The notes under the pieces: model-generated
Told to the model about the DNA's origin: nothing
The model's database searches: none
Seen by the model: only the letters and a program-made list of their open reading frames with translations
Position numbers and translations under genes: made by a program
Source of the DNA: Candidatus Nomurabacteria bacterium
GTDB taxonomy: Bacteria > Patescibacteriota > Minisyncoccia > Phycocordibacterales > UBA918
Direction: 5' to 3'
Assembly (NCBI GenBank): GCA_020632075.1
Contig: JACKGH010000001.1
Span: 323,216-387,215 of the forward strand
DNA: 64,000 nt
Shown here: positions 9,873 to 18,930 of the stretch, in pieces
Numbering within the stretch: the first letter of the stretch is position 1
How the letters are laid out: every line of letters begins with the position of its first letter

Positions 9873-9909
9873 AAAGAAAGGCCGGGCGCTTCGCGCCCGG
9901 CCTTTCTTT
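9873..9909. terminator. Bidirectional terminator aaagaaaggccgggcgc-ttc-gcgcccggcctttcttt
   Basis: Perfect 17-bp arms with flanking T-runs on both strands, located between rpmA (+) and the convergent PPIase gene (-). Confidence 0.85.
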
Positions 9910-9913
9910 TTAT

Positions 9914-10627
9914 TTAGTTCCGTCGGATCGTAGCAGATTCGATCACCACATCTTCAAGCGGTAGATCGTTCATATTGGTCTCCACATGTCCGATCGCATC
10001 AACCACATCCATACCGGCCACAACCTGACCAAATACTGGATGCTTCGAGGTTAGCGGCGGTTTATCAAAGTCGAGATTGGTGTTGTCTACGAGATTGATA
10101 AAGAACTGACTCCCACCTGAGTTTGGACCACTATTTGCCATTGAGATAGTCCCGCGCACATTGGTGAGATGATCACCCTTAATGTGTTCATCTGGGATCG
10201 CGTAGCCTGGTCCACCAGTACCATATCGCAACACTTCATTCGTCTTCGTGATCGGGTCACCACCCTGGACCATAAAGCCATCGATCACCCGGTGGAACTT
10301 GATACCATCGTAGTACCCTTCTTCTACCAACTTCGCAAAGTTACCAGCCGTGATTGGCATGTAATCTTCAAAGAGTTCGATCTCGATCGTCCCCATGTTT
10401 GTGTTTAAAACTGCAACAGGATTCATATCATTATCAATATCTACATCATACGCCTTAAGCGCTTCAGCTTTAAGCGGTGCTGACAATTCATCTTCGCCAG
10501 TAAGCTTGATCTCTGCCGAATTAGTACCCATGTTCATCAAATACAGAATACCACCGACGAGCACAGCACATACGACCAACAGGATGATCACTGGCTTTGC
10601 TTGCTCAAAGAGCTGACTGTTCTTCAT
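9914..10627 (-). CDS. Cyclophilin-type peptidyl-prolyl cis-trans isomerase with an N-terminal membrane anchor
   Basis: FHRVIDGFMVQGGDP and SMANSGPNSGGSQFFI cyclophilin motifs, plus an N-terminal TM segment. Confidence 0.9.
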   Translation of the reverse strand: MKNSQLFEQAKPVIILLVVCAVLVGGILYLMNMGTNSAEIKLTGEDELSAPLKAEALKAYDVDIDNDMNPVAVLNTNMGTIEIELFEDYMPITAGNFAKLVEEGYYDGIKFHRVIDGFMVQGGDPITKTNEVLRYGTGGPGYAIPDEHIKGDHLTNVRGTISMANSGPNSGGSQFFINLVDNTNLDFDKPPLTSKHPVFGQVVAGMDVVDAIGHVETNMNDLPLEDVVIESATIRRN

Positions 10628-10631
10628 GATG

Positions 10632-11072
10632 TTACTTCTTAATTACTTCAATGGTAAATGTTCCCTTTTCAGCACCAGTGGCAAGACCAACGGTATGCTG
10701 CCCGAGCTCCTTGATCGGTGTACTGATGGTGATCATTGCAGCATCAATACTGACACCCGCTGCCTCAGCAGCTGCGACGATCTCTTTCTCATGCACCGCC
10801 TGGAAGAGATGATCTTGCTCATTTGCATCAGCCGCCACTTGTAGCGTAGTCGCACTAAGTGCCTCAAGTGCTTTTGCAAATCGCTCACTTCCGGCCGCCA
10901 CTCCTTGTGCGACCTGTGCCTGTTGTCGCTCAATTCGCTTAAGATTAGCTGTGGTTGCTGGCTCTGCCATACGCTTTGGAATAAGCTGATTGAGTGCGTA
11001 CCCATCTGGCACCTCTACGATCTGTGATCGACGACCGATCTTTGCTACATCTTGAAGAAGAATTACTTTCAT
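10632..11072 (-). CDS. rplI: 50S ribosomal protein L9
   Basis: MKVILLQDVAKIGRRSQIVEVPDGYALNQLIP is the bL9 N-domain, followed by the C-terminal domain. Confidence 0.9.
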   Translation of the reverse strand: MKVILLQDVAKIGRRSQIVEVPDGYALNQLIPKRMAEPATTANLKRIERQQAQVAQGVAAGSERFAKALEALSATTLQVAADANEQDHLFQAVHEKEIVAAAEAAGVSIDAAMITISTPIKELGQHTVGLATGAEKGTFTIEVIKK

Positions 11073-11141
11073 ACGGTTATATTAGTTACAAAAGGATGTA
11101 CGAAACTGTACATAGTGCAGGCATCATACCAAAAGTAGCCT

Positions 11142-12527
11142 TTATTCTCCAGTCTCTGTTGAACTGGCAGACTTGTCGGCAGCCACTTGGTCTTCGTAGG
11201 TCTCGCTGACCACCTCTTCGCCGGCGAGGAACCGCACAGCAGCATCTTTTTGAGGATCCTCGCCGGCGAGACGCTGCGCTGGCGTGCGATTGATCACGAT
11301 GTTTGGAGTAAGGCCACCATCTGATATAGAGGTGCCATTTGGTGTCAGCCAGCGGGCAATGGTCACCTTAAGCGAAGAACCCTCATCAAGCTTCACTAGC
11401 TCCTGTACAGAACCTTTACCAAAAGTCTGCGACCCCATCACCGTTGCTACGCCATGATCTTGGAGCGCACCAGCCAAGATCTCTGCCGCAGACGCAGAGC
11501 CATTATCTACCAATACCACGAGATGCTCAGGATCAAAGAGTTGTACTTGTTTACCTCGACTTCGGAAAACTTCGTCATCGGTGCCAAAACTGACCTGCTC
11601 GCGTACCACTACCTTACCTGCTGGCAAGAAGTAACTTGCAATACCAACAGCGCCCTGCAAGAAACCACCCGGATTACCACGTAGATCGAGCACTAGATTC
11701 TCAACTCCACTCTTTTGGTACTCACGAAGTGCGTTAAACACTTGTTCCTCAGCGATCGCATTGAAGCTGTAGAGTGCAATGATGAACGTATCATCGATCT
11801 GTTCTGTCTTCACAGTCGGAATATCGATCGTGTCACGAACGATCGGGATCTCAATGAATTCCATTTCGCCTTCACGGTACATCTTAAGCACCACCTCGGT
11901 GCCACGTTCACCACGGATCAGTTTTACCGCCGCATCAACACCCATATCTTCGGTCGACTTGCCATCGATCTCAACAACCACATCCCCTGCCAAAACTCCC
12001 GCTCGCTCAGCTGGTGTATCTGGAAGTGGCGCAATCACTGTCACGAATCCATTACGCAAACCAACTTCCATTCCAACACCACTGAAATTGCCTGAAATAT
12101 TTTCATTGAATGCCTCTGCTTCGGTTGGCGGTAAGTACACTGTGTACGGATCGCCGTATGAATCAACTAAGCCTTCGATCGCACCCTGTACTCGATCTTT
12201 CGCAGACACCTTGGTAGTACTTCCTGACACAAACTTCTCTTCAAGTAAGTCCCACACTCGCCAAAATTCTGTGAGATCTGGCTCACCCTCTGTTGTCTCA
12301 GTAGCAGGCTCATGCGATAAGAAACTAAACAAACCAGCCGTCTGCGTATCACCGACTGACAAACCCTTCCCTAACTGAATACCTGAAATAAACGCACCAG
12401 CGGCAAACACAAAAGCTAACGTGATCGCTAGACCAACCTTCCAGCCTGGCCCAGTATTGTACGTGGCGTTAGAAAGCTCTTCTTCTGACATTCCAAGCAT
12501 TATCGCACAGACTGCTCGGCAAACCAA
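11142..12527 (-). CDS. Carboxy-terminal processing protease (S41 family, CtpA-like)
   Basis: PDZ region and the S41 catalytic motif LDLRGNPGGFL. N-terminal TM/signal. Exact start (M1, M10 or M13) is ambiguous. Confidence 0.85.
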   Translation of the reverse strand: MVCRAVCAIMLGMSEEELSNATYNTGPGWKVGLAITLAFVFAAGAFISGIQLGKGLSVGDTQTAGLFSFLSHEPATETTEGEPDLTEFWRVWDLLEEKFVSGSTTKVSAKDRVQGAIEGLVDSYGDPYTVYLPPTEAEAFNENISGNFSGVGMEVGLRNGFVTVIAPLPDTPAERAGVLAGDVVVEIDGKSTEDMGVDAAVKLIRGERGTEVVLKMYREGEMEFIEIPIVRDTIDIPTVKTEQIDDTFIIALYSFNAIAEEQVFNALREYQKSGVENLVLDLRGNPGGFLQGAVGIASYFLPAGKVVVREQVSFGTDDEVFRSRGKQVQLFDPEHLVVLVDNGSASAAEILAGALQDHGVATVMGSQTFGKGSVQELVKLDEGSSLKVTIARWLTPNGTSISDGGLTPNIVINRTPAQRLAGEDPQKDAAVRFLAGEEVVSETYEDQVAADKSASSTETGE

Positions 12528-12640
12528 AACAACCCCTGTCTAAAACTTACCTGGTACCGGAATAAAAGCTTTTCTGATACACTACGGAAACATATTTGCT
12601 TATGTTTTCTAGTTTATTTGGCCGTAACACCCCCGTTCAC

Positions 12641-14053
12641 ATGCGCGACATCACGTTGTATAACACCGAATCAGGTGAGCCTGAGATCTTTGTTCCTTTA
12701 AGTGACAAGGAAGTAAAGATGTACAGTTGTGGGCCAACCGTCTACGACTACGCGCATGTAGGTAATCTCCGCTCGTATGTATTTGCCGATATCCTCAAGC
12801 GTGTCTTGATCCGCAATGGCTATATTGTGAAGCATACGATCAACTTCACCGACTTTGGTCACCTGACTGACGACGGTGATGCTGGTGAAGACAAAATGAT
12901 GAAGGGTCTCAAGCGTGAAGGCCTCCCGGTGACACTCGATGCCATGCGACAGTTGTCTGACCGCTACATCAAGGCATTCAAAGATGATTTTGATGAACTC
13001 CGCATCATGCCACCAGATACCTGGGCGCGTGCCAGCGAGTATGTCAACAAGCAGATCAGTTTGATCAAGACGCTTGATGAAAAAGGCTTTACGTATGAAA
13101 CAAGTGACGGATTGTATTTTGATATCTCAAAATTCCCTACCTATGGCCGACTTGGCAAGATCAATCTCAAGAAACTAAAAAGCGGTGCTCGGGTGGAAGT
13201 GAATACTGAAAAGAAGCATCCGGCTGACTTCGCGGTTTGGAAGAAAAGTGAACTTGGTTGGGATAGCAAATGGGGCAAAGGTTTCCCAGGCTGGCACGTT
13301 GAGTGTTCTGCCATGGCAATGGACACACTTGGTAAGCAGATCGATATCCACACTGGTGGCATCGATCACATCCCTGTCCACCACAACGCTGAGATCTGCC
13401 AGAGTGAAGCCGCCACCGGCAAGCAGTTTGTGAAGTACTGGATGCACAATGCATTTATCACGATTGATAGCACCAAGATCGCAAAATCTCTTGGCAATTC
13501 CATCACTATGCGACACTTACGCGACCGCGGCTTTTCGGGTGATGATTACCGCTACTGGCTCCTCACCGCGCACTATCGCTCCCCTGCTAACTTCTCCTGG
13601 GAAGCGCTCAAGGCTGCCAAGCAAGCACTCTTCCGCTTGAAGCGCTATGTATACGAGGAATTCAAACAAAAGACAGCAACACCCGACCAAACCTACCTCG
13701 ACCGCTTTGACACCTGCCTCGCCAACGACCTCGACACCCCAGGTGCGATCGCGACCCTCTGGGATATGGTGAACGACAAGAAGCTCGATGCGAAAGTAAA
13801 GTGCGGCACGCTCATGTCAATGGACGAAGTACTCGATATTGGTCTTTCTGATGATCTCTATGACGGCCAGCGTTCACTTGGCGTCGTTGCTCATGACGAT
13901 CTGCCAGAAAAAATTCAGGCCCTTATCGACGAACGCGAAGCCGCCCGCATCGCTCGCAACTGGGAAATGGCCGATGCGCTCCGCGATAAGCTCAAGCTCG
14001 AAGGCTATGAACTTGAAGATACTCCGCTTGGCCCGAAGGTGACGAAAGTGTAA
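12641..14053 (+). CDS. cysS: Cysteinyl-tRNA synthetase
   Basis: MYSCGPTVYDYAHVGN (HIGH-region) and KIAKSLGN (KMSKS variant). Start set at MRDITLYN... by analogy with CysRS N-termini. The track ORF begins 45 nt earlier. Confidence 0.9.
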   Translation: MRDITLYNTESGEPEIFVPLSDKEVKMYSCGPTVYDYAHVGNLRSYVFADILKRVLIRNGYIVKHTINFTDFGHLTDDGDAGEDKMMKGLKREGLPVTLDAMRQLSDRYIKAFKDDFDELRIMPPDTWARASEYVNKQISLIKTLDEKGFTYETSDGLYFDISKFPTYGRLGKINLKKLKSGARVEVNTEKKHPADFAVWKKSELGWDSKWGKGFPGWHVECSAMAMDTLGKQIDIHTGGIDHIPVHHNAEICQSEAATGKQFVKYWMHNAFITIDSTKIAKSLGNSITMRHLRDRGFSGDDYRYWLLTAHYRSPANFSWEALKAAKQALFRLKRYVYEEFKQKTATPDQTYLDRFDTCLANDLDTPGAIATLWDMVNDKKLDAKVKCGTLMSMDEVLDIGLSDDLYDGQRSLGVVAHDDLPEKIQALIDEREAARIARNWEMADALRDKLKLEGYELEDTPLGPKVTKV

Positions 14054-14068
14054 CAGATCACATAAAAA

Positions 14069-14098
14069 CGCGGCGGCCCGAAGGGCCGCCGCGCTTTT
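14069..14098 (+). terminator. Intrinsic terminator cgcggcggccc-gaa-gggccgccgcg-ctttt
   Basis: 11-bp stem with a T-run after the cysS stop. Confidence 0.8.
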
Positions 14099-14104
14099 AC
14101 ACAA

Positions 14105-14476
14105 CTAACAACCACCACCTGTGCTCGTAGACATAAGATAACCGATACCGATACAGGCCAATATGAACAATGGAGTAAAGGCCATTTTAAACAAATGCAC
14201 TGATTGCTGTTTTCTTGCCCACTTATACAATCCGGCAAACAAAAAGAGCAGGCTGACAACAATTACAAACATGTTGAATGCCTTCCAGTACTGAAAGACG
14301 AAAAAGTAACTCGGCAAACAGAGCACCCCACCGACATCTCCTGAATACTGATGTGAAACATGGGTCTTTTGCAGAAATACATACAGCACCGCAAAAAACA
14401 CTTCCATGAAGAAGACAACACCATAGCAGACCACCCTCCCCTTCGACATACTATCTGACTTCAGTGCTTGATTCAT
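14105..14476 (-). CDS. Small hydrophobic membrane protein, hypothetical
   Basis: 123-aa ORF in an AT-rich block, with multiple TM-like segments and no recognisable motifs. Confidence 0.3.
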   Translation of the reverse strand: MNQALKSDSMSKGRVVCYGVVFFMEVFFAVLYVFLQKTHVSHQYSGDVGGVLCLPSYFFVFQYWKAFNMFVIVVSLLFLFAGLYKWARKQQSVHLFKMAFTPLFILACIGIGYLMSTSTGGGC

Positions 14477-14553
14477 GTCTTATTTAATTTTAAAAATAGC
14501 ACGCGAATTACTTCTTTTCGTACACGGCTGTGCACAAGACAGATCTTCTGCAC

Positions 14554-14793
14554 CTAATCTATACAGGAGACATCGCAGGTTGTACTCGTCAGCATTTGGA
14601 GCACAGCCCATATGACAATTGAGAAAGCAACAGTGAGTGGTCCGGTTTTCAGGTGAGCACCTGCTGGTCGCCTACGTAGCAACAAATGATGTGGAAGGAG
14701 AACGAACCTTGCCTTAACAAAGCGCAATGGTAAAACCCAGGAGATGATTATTGAAACAATGTAGAGGAGTGACACTAAAACGGTTTCATTCAT
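14554..14793 (-). CDS. Small hydrophobic membrane protein, hypothetical
   Basis: 79-aa ORF with TM-like segments in an AT-rich block. Confidence 0.25.
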   Translation of the reverse strand: MNETVLVSLLYIVSIIISWVLPLRFVKARFVLLPHHLLLRRRPAGAHLKTGPLTVAFSIVIWAVLQMLTSTTCDVSCID

Positions 14794-14796
14794 AAT

Positions 14797-15021
14797 TTAA
14801 ATGAGAGTGACGGAATTGATAAAGAATACATTGAACACAAACCACCACACTACAACGATCACAAAAGATATCAAAAAGTAAAGCAGGTATTTGTTTTTAA
14901 GCTGTTTATCCTTCCACCATCTGTACAACCAAGCAAGCAAAAGTGGTAAACAAATACCATACGTGAGAAACGGTATTACATATGAATTTATGAAAAATAC
15001 AACAAGGACCGTTACACTCAT
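14797..15021 (-). CDS. Small hydrophobic membrane protein, hypothetical
   Basis: 74-aa ORF with two TM-like segments, immediately upstream of the previous ORF. Confidence 0.25.
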   Translation of the reverse strand: MSVTVLVVFFINSYVIPFLTYGICLPLLLAWLYRWWKDKQLKNKYLLYFLISFVIVVVWWFVFNVFFINSVTLI

Positions 15022-15119
15022 GTTTCGAGTCTAGCACGCAACTTATCCCCTCTTTCCACACTATGCACAATTTGCATACAGAGCAGTCAAGCAACGTTGC
15101 GTGATAGAATGCCCTTACT

Positions 15120-16502
15120 ATGTCCGTTGAGCACAATCGAGCACTGCGCACACCTCCAAGCAACATCGACGCTGAAAAGGCGCTCCTTGGTGCGATTATT
15201 CTCAAACCTGACGTGATGCACGACATCTCGGTCACCATTTGGCCGGAGAGTTTCTATGCTGACAAGCACGCGAAGATCTTTCAGGCGATCTCAGCGATCT
15301 TTTCTGGCGGTGATCCGATCGATACGGTGTCGGTCGTCACAAAGCTGAAAGACATGAACCAACTCGACCGAGTCGGCGGTGCATCATACATCACCGAACT
15401 GATCGAAACCGTACCTGCTGCTGGCAACGCCATGTACTACGCCAACCAAGTACAGAACAAAGCCACGCTGCGCAACCTCATTCACGCTGCCGATGATATC
15501 GCCGAGATCGGCTACTCCGATCCAGAGACGGTCGACGAAGCACTCGACCAAGCAGAGAAAAAGATCTTTCAGGCTACCCAGGCTCCATCAGCGCAGAAGT
15601 TTCGTCCGATCGGCAGCGCTCTGACCGAGGCTTGGGAGCGCTTCGAGCACCTGGCTGAAAACCCGCAAGACAAGCGCGGTGTTCCGTCTGGCTTTACCGC
15701 CCTTGATAATCTCCTCGCTGGCTTCCAGAAGTCTGACCTCGTGATCCTGGCCGCCCGACCTTCGATGGGTAAGACTACATTTGCGCTCGACCTGGCTCGC
15801 AACGCTGCCCTTCTACACGGCGCATCAGTCGGTATCTTTTCGCTTGAAATGTCCGACCAGCAGCTCGTCGATCGTATGCTCGCAGCCGAGGCGGGAGTAG
15901 ACTCATGGAAACTCCGCACTGGCCGCCTCTCCAATGACTCAGAATACGAAGCCCTGCAAGGAGCAATGACCAAGCTTGCCAAAGCCCCGATCCACATCAT
16001 CGACGAGGCGGCCATGAATATCGTAAAGATGCGTTCTGCTGCTCGCCGACTCAAAAACGAACACGGACTCGACATGCTCATCGTGGACTATCTCCAGCTC
16101 ATGTCCCCTACTCTCACGAAGGGCTCCGACAGCATGGTGCAACAGATCACTGAAATTTCCCGCTCACTCAAGATACTCGCGAAGGAAATGGAGATTCCGG
16201 TCATCGCTCTCTCGCAGCTTTCGCGTGCCGTGGAGCAGCGTGGCGGTAAGCCACGTCTCTCTGACCTCCGTGACTCTGGTTCTATTGAACAGGACGCCGA
16301 CGTGGTGATGTTCATCCACCGCGAGGACAAAATGAACAAAGACAAAGAAGCTGAGCGACCAAACATCGCCGAGATCCTCGTCGAGAAGCACCGTAACGGT
16401 GCCGTTGGCATGGCTGAGCTGTACTTCGACGGCCAACACGTCCGCTTTCTCAACCTCGATACACACCACGCCGCAGCGCCAGGTGGCGGCGATGATTTCT
16501 AG
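15120..16502 (+). CDS. dnaB: Replicative DNA helicase DnaB
   Basis: N-terminal DnaB domain (NIDAEKALLGAIIL), Walker A ARPSMGKTTFALD, RecA-like core and motif H4. Confidence 0.95.
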   Translation: MSVEHNRALRTPPSNIDAEKALLGAIILKPDVMHDISVTIWPESFYADKHAKIFQAISAIFSGGDPIDTVSVVTKLKDMNQLDRVGGASYITELIETVPAAGNAMYYANQVQNKATLRNLIHAADDIAEIGYSDPETVDEALDQAEKKIFQATQAPSAQKFRPIGSALTEAWERFEHLAENPQDKRGVPSGFTALDNLLAGFQKSDLVILAARPSMGKTTFALDLARNAALLHGASVGIFSLEMSDQQLVDRMLAAEAGVDSWKLRTGRLSNDSEYEALQGAMTKLAKAPIHIIDEAAMNIVKMRSAARRLKNEHGLDMLIVDYLQLMSPTLTKGSDSMVQQITEISRSLKILAKEMEIPVIALSQLSRAVEQRGGKPRLSDLRDSGSIEQDADVVMFIHREDKMNKDKEAERPNIAEILVEKHRNGAVGMAELYFDGQHVRFLNLDTHHAAAPGGGDDF

Positions 16503-16566
16503 TTGACAATTATTAAACTAGTGATACTTTGAGTTTTGGAGTTAGAACATCCGGACAGGAGGACTG

Positions 16567-16815
16567 ATGGTTACCTTTCACGTCTTTGCCTTACATCAGG
16601 GTCTTTTTGATAACAGACTCTTCACTTTCTGGTACATCCACGATAGAGAAAAGCATGTTCAACAAAACAGAAGCGGGCTGCAGCTAAGTTGCCTGCGAAT
16701 CGCTCTAGAAATCAAAAAACACGGAATCACCGAATTCAAACTCAAGCTGTACGGAGATATCAAACCATACACCGATGAATATTCTGAATACGTGCAAAAA
16801 CTTATCAGCTCATGA
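16567..16815 (+). CDS. Hypothetical small protein (82 aa)
   Basis: AGGAGG sits 5 nt upstream of the ATG, and a terminator follows. No recognisable domain. Confidence 0.45.
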   Translation: MVTFHVFALHQGLFDNRLFTFWYIHDREKHVQQNRSGLQLSCLRIALEIKKHGITEFKLKLYGDIKPYTDEYSEYVQKLISS

Positions 16816-16820
16816 CCAGA

Positions 16821-16849
16821 AAAAGCCGCAATATAAACGCGGCTTTTTT
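16821..16849 (+). terminator. Intrinsic terminator gccgc-aatataaac-gcggc-tttttt
   Basis: Stem-loop with a T6 run after the stop at 16815. Confidence 0.7.
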
Positions 16850-16876
16850 GTTTCCTTTTTGATACAATAGGCATTC

Positions 16877-17497
16877 ATGAACAACCTCGACAAGCTCATC
16901 TCCCTCTTTGAATCCTTCCCGGGTGTCGGTGCGCGGCAAGCGAAGCGTTTTGCGTTTCATGTGCTCACCATGCCCGAAGCCGACTCAAAAGAGCTCTCGC
17001 GACTCGTAGCAGAGCTTAAAGGCAGTGTCGTAGAGTGTGTGAGCTGTCATCGCTTTTATGCTACCCAGCAAGGCGATACTTGCTCGATCTGCACCTCAGC
17101 CAATCGTGATCACAACCGTCTCCTGGTGGTAGAGCGCGATAGCGATGTGCAGGCGATTGAGCGCGCCGGCGTGTATGATGGACTGTATTTTATCCTCGGA
17201 GGCACCGCACCACTCCTCAACCAAGGCGAAAATACCAAGCTCCGCGCCGGCGCGCTCAAAGCTACCGTGGAGACTCGCCTCCCCGAAGGACTCTCCGAGA
17301 TCATTCTCGGCTTCTCGATCAATCCAGACGGCGAGAATACAGCTCGCTTCGTCGAGTCAGTACTTGATCCGGTACTCGAAGGCACCGAAGTGAAGCTCTC
17401 CTATCTTGGTCGCGGCCTTTCTACCGGCAGCGAGCTCGAATACGCTGATCCAGAAACCATCAAGAACGCTCTCCAGAACCGCGCCTCACACACCTAA
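16877..17497 (+). CDS. recR: Recombination protein RecR
   Basis: N-terminal HhH (LISLFESFPGVGARQAKRFAFHVL), a C4 zinc finger (CVSCHRFYATQQGDTCSIC) and a Toprim domain. Confidence 0.95.
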   Translation: MNNLDKLISLFESFPGVGARQAKRFAFHVLTMPEADSKELSRLVAELKGSVVECVSCHRFYATQQGDTCSICTSANRDHNRLLVVERDSDVQAIERAGVYDGLYFILGGTAPLLNQGENTKLRAGALKATVETRLPEGLSEIILGFSINPDGENTARFVESVLDPVLEGTEVKLSYLGRGLSTGSELEYADPETIKNALQNRASHT

Positions 17498-17818
17498 CTA
17501 CAAGCCATGTCGCGCCAGAAAATCATCCAAGAAAATGATGATGTGTTTGTGGACGATCTCTGTTAAGCGAGAGTTCTCAACCGAGACCCAATCATCAGGC
17601 GGCGTTCCTTGTTGCAACTCCCACCACGCTTCGACCTTTTCTGCGTCGGTCCCATCATAACCAGCCTCAACGATCTGGTCCTCTAGATACAACAAGAAAC
17701 CTCTTCGCTCATTCTCAAACTGCTTCAGAAGCGCGACGTCTCTGTATATTCTCTCAAAGGCGTGATCTATCGCTCTAGATATATCTGACCCCTTCTCTGA
17801 ACCTGATTCAATACTCAT
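17498..17818 (-). CDS. Hypothetical protein (106 aa)
   Basis: ORF convergent on recR, with no RBS. Start is only 17 nt from the rplU terminator hairpin. Weak support. Confidence 0.3.
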   Translation of the reverse strand: MSIESGSEKGSDISRAIDHAFERIYRDVALLKQFENERRGFLLYLEDQIVEAGYDGTDAEKVEAWWELQQGTPPDDWVSVENSRLTEIVHKHIIIFLDDFLARHGL

Positions 17819-17835
17819 TTGATATTAGTATAACA

Positions 17836-17859
17836 AAAACCTCCCGTGTGGGAGGTTTT
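17836..17859 (-). terminator. Terminator aaaacctccc-gtgt-gggaggtttt downstream of rplU
   Basis: 10-bp stem with a T-run on both strands. Confidence 0.8.
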
Positions 17860-17868
17860 GTAGACTAC

Positions 17869-18204
17869 TTACTTAATAGAGTCAATCTTGATCTCAGCGT
17901 AGTGCTGACGATGACCAATGCGTCGGTCGCGGTTACTCTTAGCCTTGTAGCGAACGATGGTCAATTTCTTGCCCTTCTTCTCGCCCAGGTAGGTAGCCTT
18001 CACCTTGGTACCAGTAGTTGGCGTACCGATCTTAGCTGATGAACCGTCGTCAGTCATGAGGACAGAGTCAAACTCGATCTTGTCGCCCTCCTGATGCTCA
18101 CCAAGGAGTTCAACCAGCAAAGTATCGCCCTCGCGCACGACATACTGCTTCCCGCCAGTAGCGATCACAGCAAATGGTGCGGTGTTGGTTGTTTCTGTTG
18201 CCAT
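17869..18204 (-). CDS. rplU: 50S ribosomal protein L21
   Basis: FAVIATGGKQYVVREGDTLLVE... is the canonical bL21 sequence. Confidence 0.9.
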   Translation of the reverse strand: MATETTNTAPFAVIATGGKQYVVREGDTLLVELLGEHQEGDKIEFDSVLMTDDGSSAKIGTPTTGTKVKATYLGEKKGKKLTIVRYKAKSNRDRRIGHRQHYAEIKIDSIK

Positions 18205-18266
18205 ATGTGGGCGCTATACTACAAGAAATAGTGCTTTTTTGCAATGCCTATACTGCAGGTAGCCCA

Positions 18267-18294
18267 TTGACATTTACATATTTTTATGTATAAT
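18267..18294 (+). promoter_or_regulatory. Near-consensus sigma70-type promoter TTGACA-16nt-TATAAT
   Basis: The -35 TTGACA is at 18267-18272 and the -10 TATAAT is at 18289-18294. Transcription would drive the small ORF starting at 18334. Confidence 0.6.
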
Positions 18295-18333
18295 TTAAAA
18301 GTTACTTAAACCAGTTACTTGGAGACAGCTAGG

Positions 18334-18512
18334 ATGAAAGAAATCCTCCTTGCGGTAATCGCGTTCATCATTTTTTGGTTGGCACAGAGGTCTACAATGT
18401 CGCACAGGAACTGCGAATCAGCAATGACCTCAAGGCGCAAGCCATGAACATCGACATCACTCCTATCCGGGAGAAGTATCCCGCTTTCGGTCTTGAAGAC
18501 AAAAGCGAGTAA
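18334..18512 (+). pseudogene. Small membrane-anchored protein ORF disrupted by a frameshift in a T6 homopolymer (18371-18376)
   Basis: ATG at 18334 with GGAGA 8 nt upstream. Frame 1 gives MKEILLAVIAFIIFW... and stops after 35 aa. A +1 T in the T6 run gives a continuous 58-aa product: MKEILLAVIAFIIFLVGTEVYNVAQELRISNDLKAQAMNIDITPIREKYPAFGLEDKSE. Confidence 0.3.
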
Positions 18513-18645
18513 CATACACCGCCGCGCCTTGCGACAGCTTGGCGCGGTTATTCAATATACAAGCACCCTCTTTGCTTTTCACTCCAAAACTGCTAAGGTT
18601 GCATATCTTACCTTGTGACCAACCGTAACTGAAAAGGAGGAAGAT

Positions 18646-18897
18646 GTGAACCTTATCGTAAACTCAGGACCAACCACCAAGACTGACGCTGGCAGTGCGG
18701 CGTGTGACATTCACGGCAACACGCTCACTGCACAAACACCAGCCGGCACACTGCTCGACGCCGAAGTCAAGCTGCCCGGGATCACCGGAGAACGCAAGGA
18801 GTGGCGCCGCTTGGTCGTCAGGTTCTACGACCCGAACAAAGACGCTCTGTACACCCAGATCTACAGCCTGGTACCCGACGACATGATCGTCGAGTGA
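18646..18897 (+). CDS. Hypothetical small protein (83 aa, GTG start)
   Basis: GGAGG sits 6 nt upstream of the GTG, and a terminator follows at 18906-18930. Confidence 0.45.
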   Translation: MNLIVNSGPTTKTDAGSAACDIHGNTLTAQTPAGTLLDAEVKLPGITGERKEWRRLVVRFYDPNKDALYTQIYSLVPDDMIVE

Positions 18898-18905
18898 TCA
18901 CCCCG

Positions 18906-18930
18906 CCCCAGCTTCACGCTGGGGCTTTTT
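18906..18930 (+). terminator. Intrinsic terminator ccccagc-ttcac-gctgggg-cttttt
   Basis: 7-bp stem with a T-run after the stop at 18897. Confidence 0.7.

Noticed and set aside
11779-12378. 199-aa plus-strand ORF and 126-aa ORF at 11715-12095
   Set aside because: Antisense to the S41 protease gene, which carries the catalytic motif.
12528-12640. Possible T-box-like element (GGTACCGG at 12554-12561) in the cysS leader
   Set aside because: The intergenic region is only ~113 nt, too short for a T-box riboswitch. There is no specifier-loop or antiterminator architecture, and the match is only a partial GGTACC core.
15569-16453. Several 60-170-aa minus-strand ORFs inside dnaB
   Set aside because: Antisense to dnaB. 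Arg/Ser/Ala-rich translations typical of noise.
18315-18515. 66-aa minus-strand ORF
   Set aside because: Lies antisense to the promoter-driven plus-strand small ORF and has no RBS. It would be transcribed into the consensus promoter.
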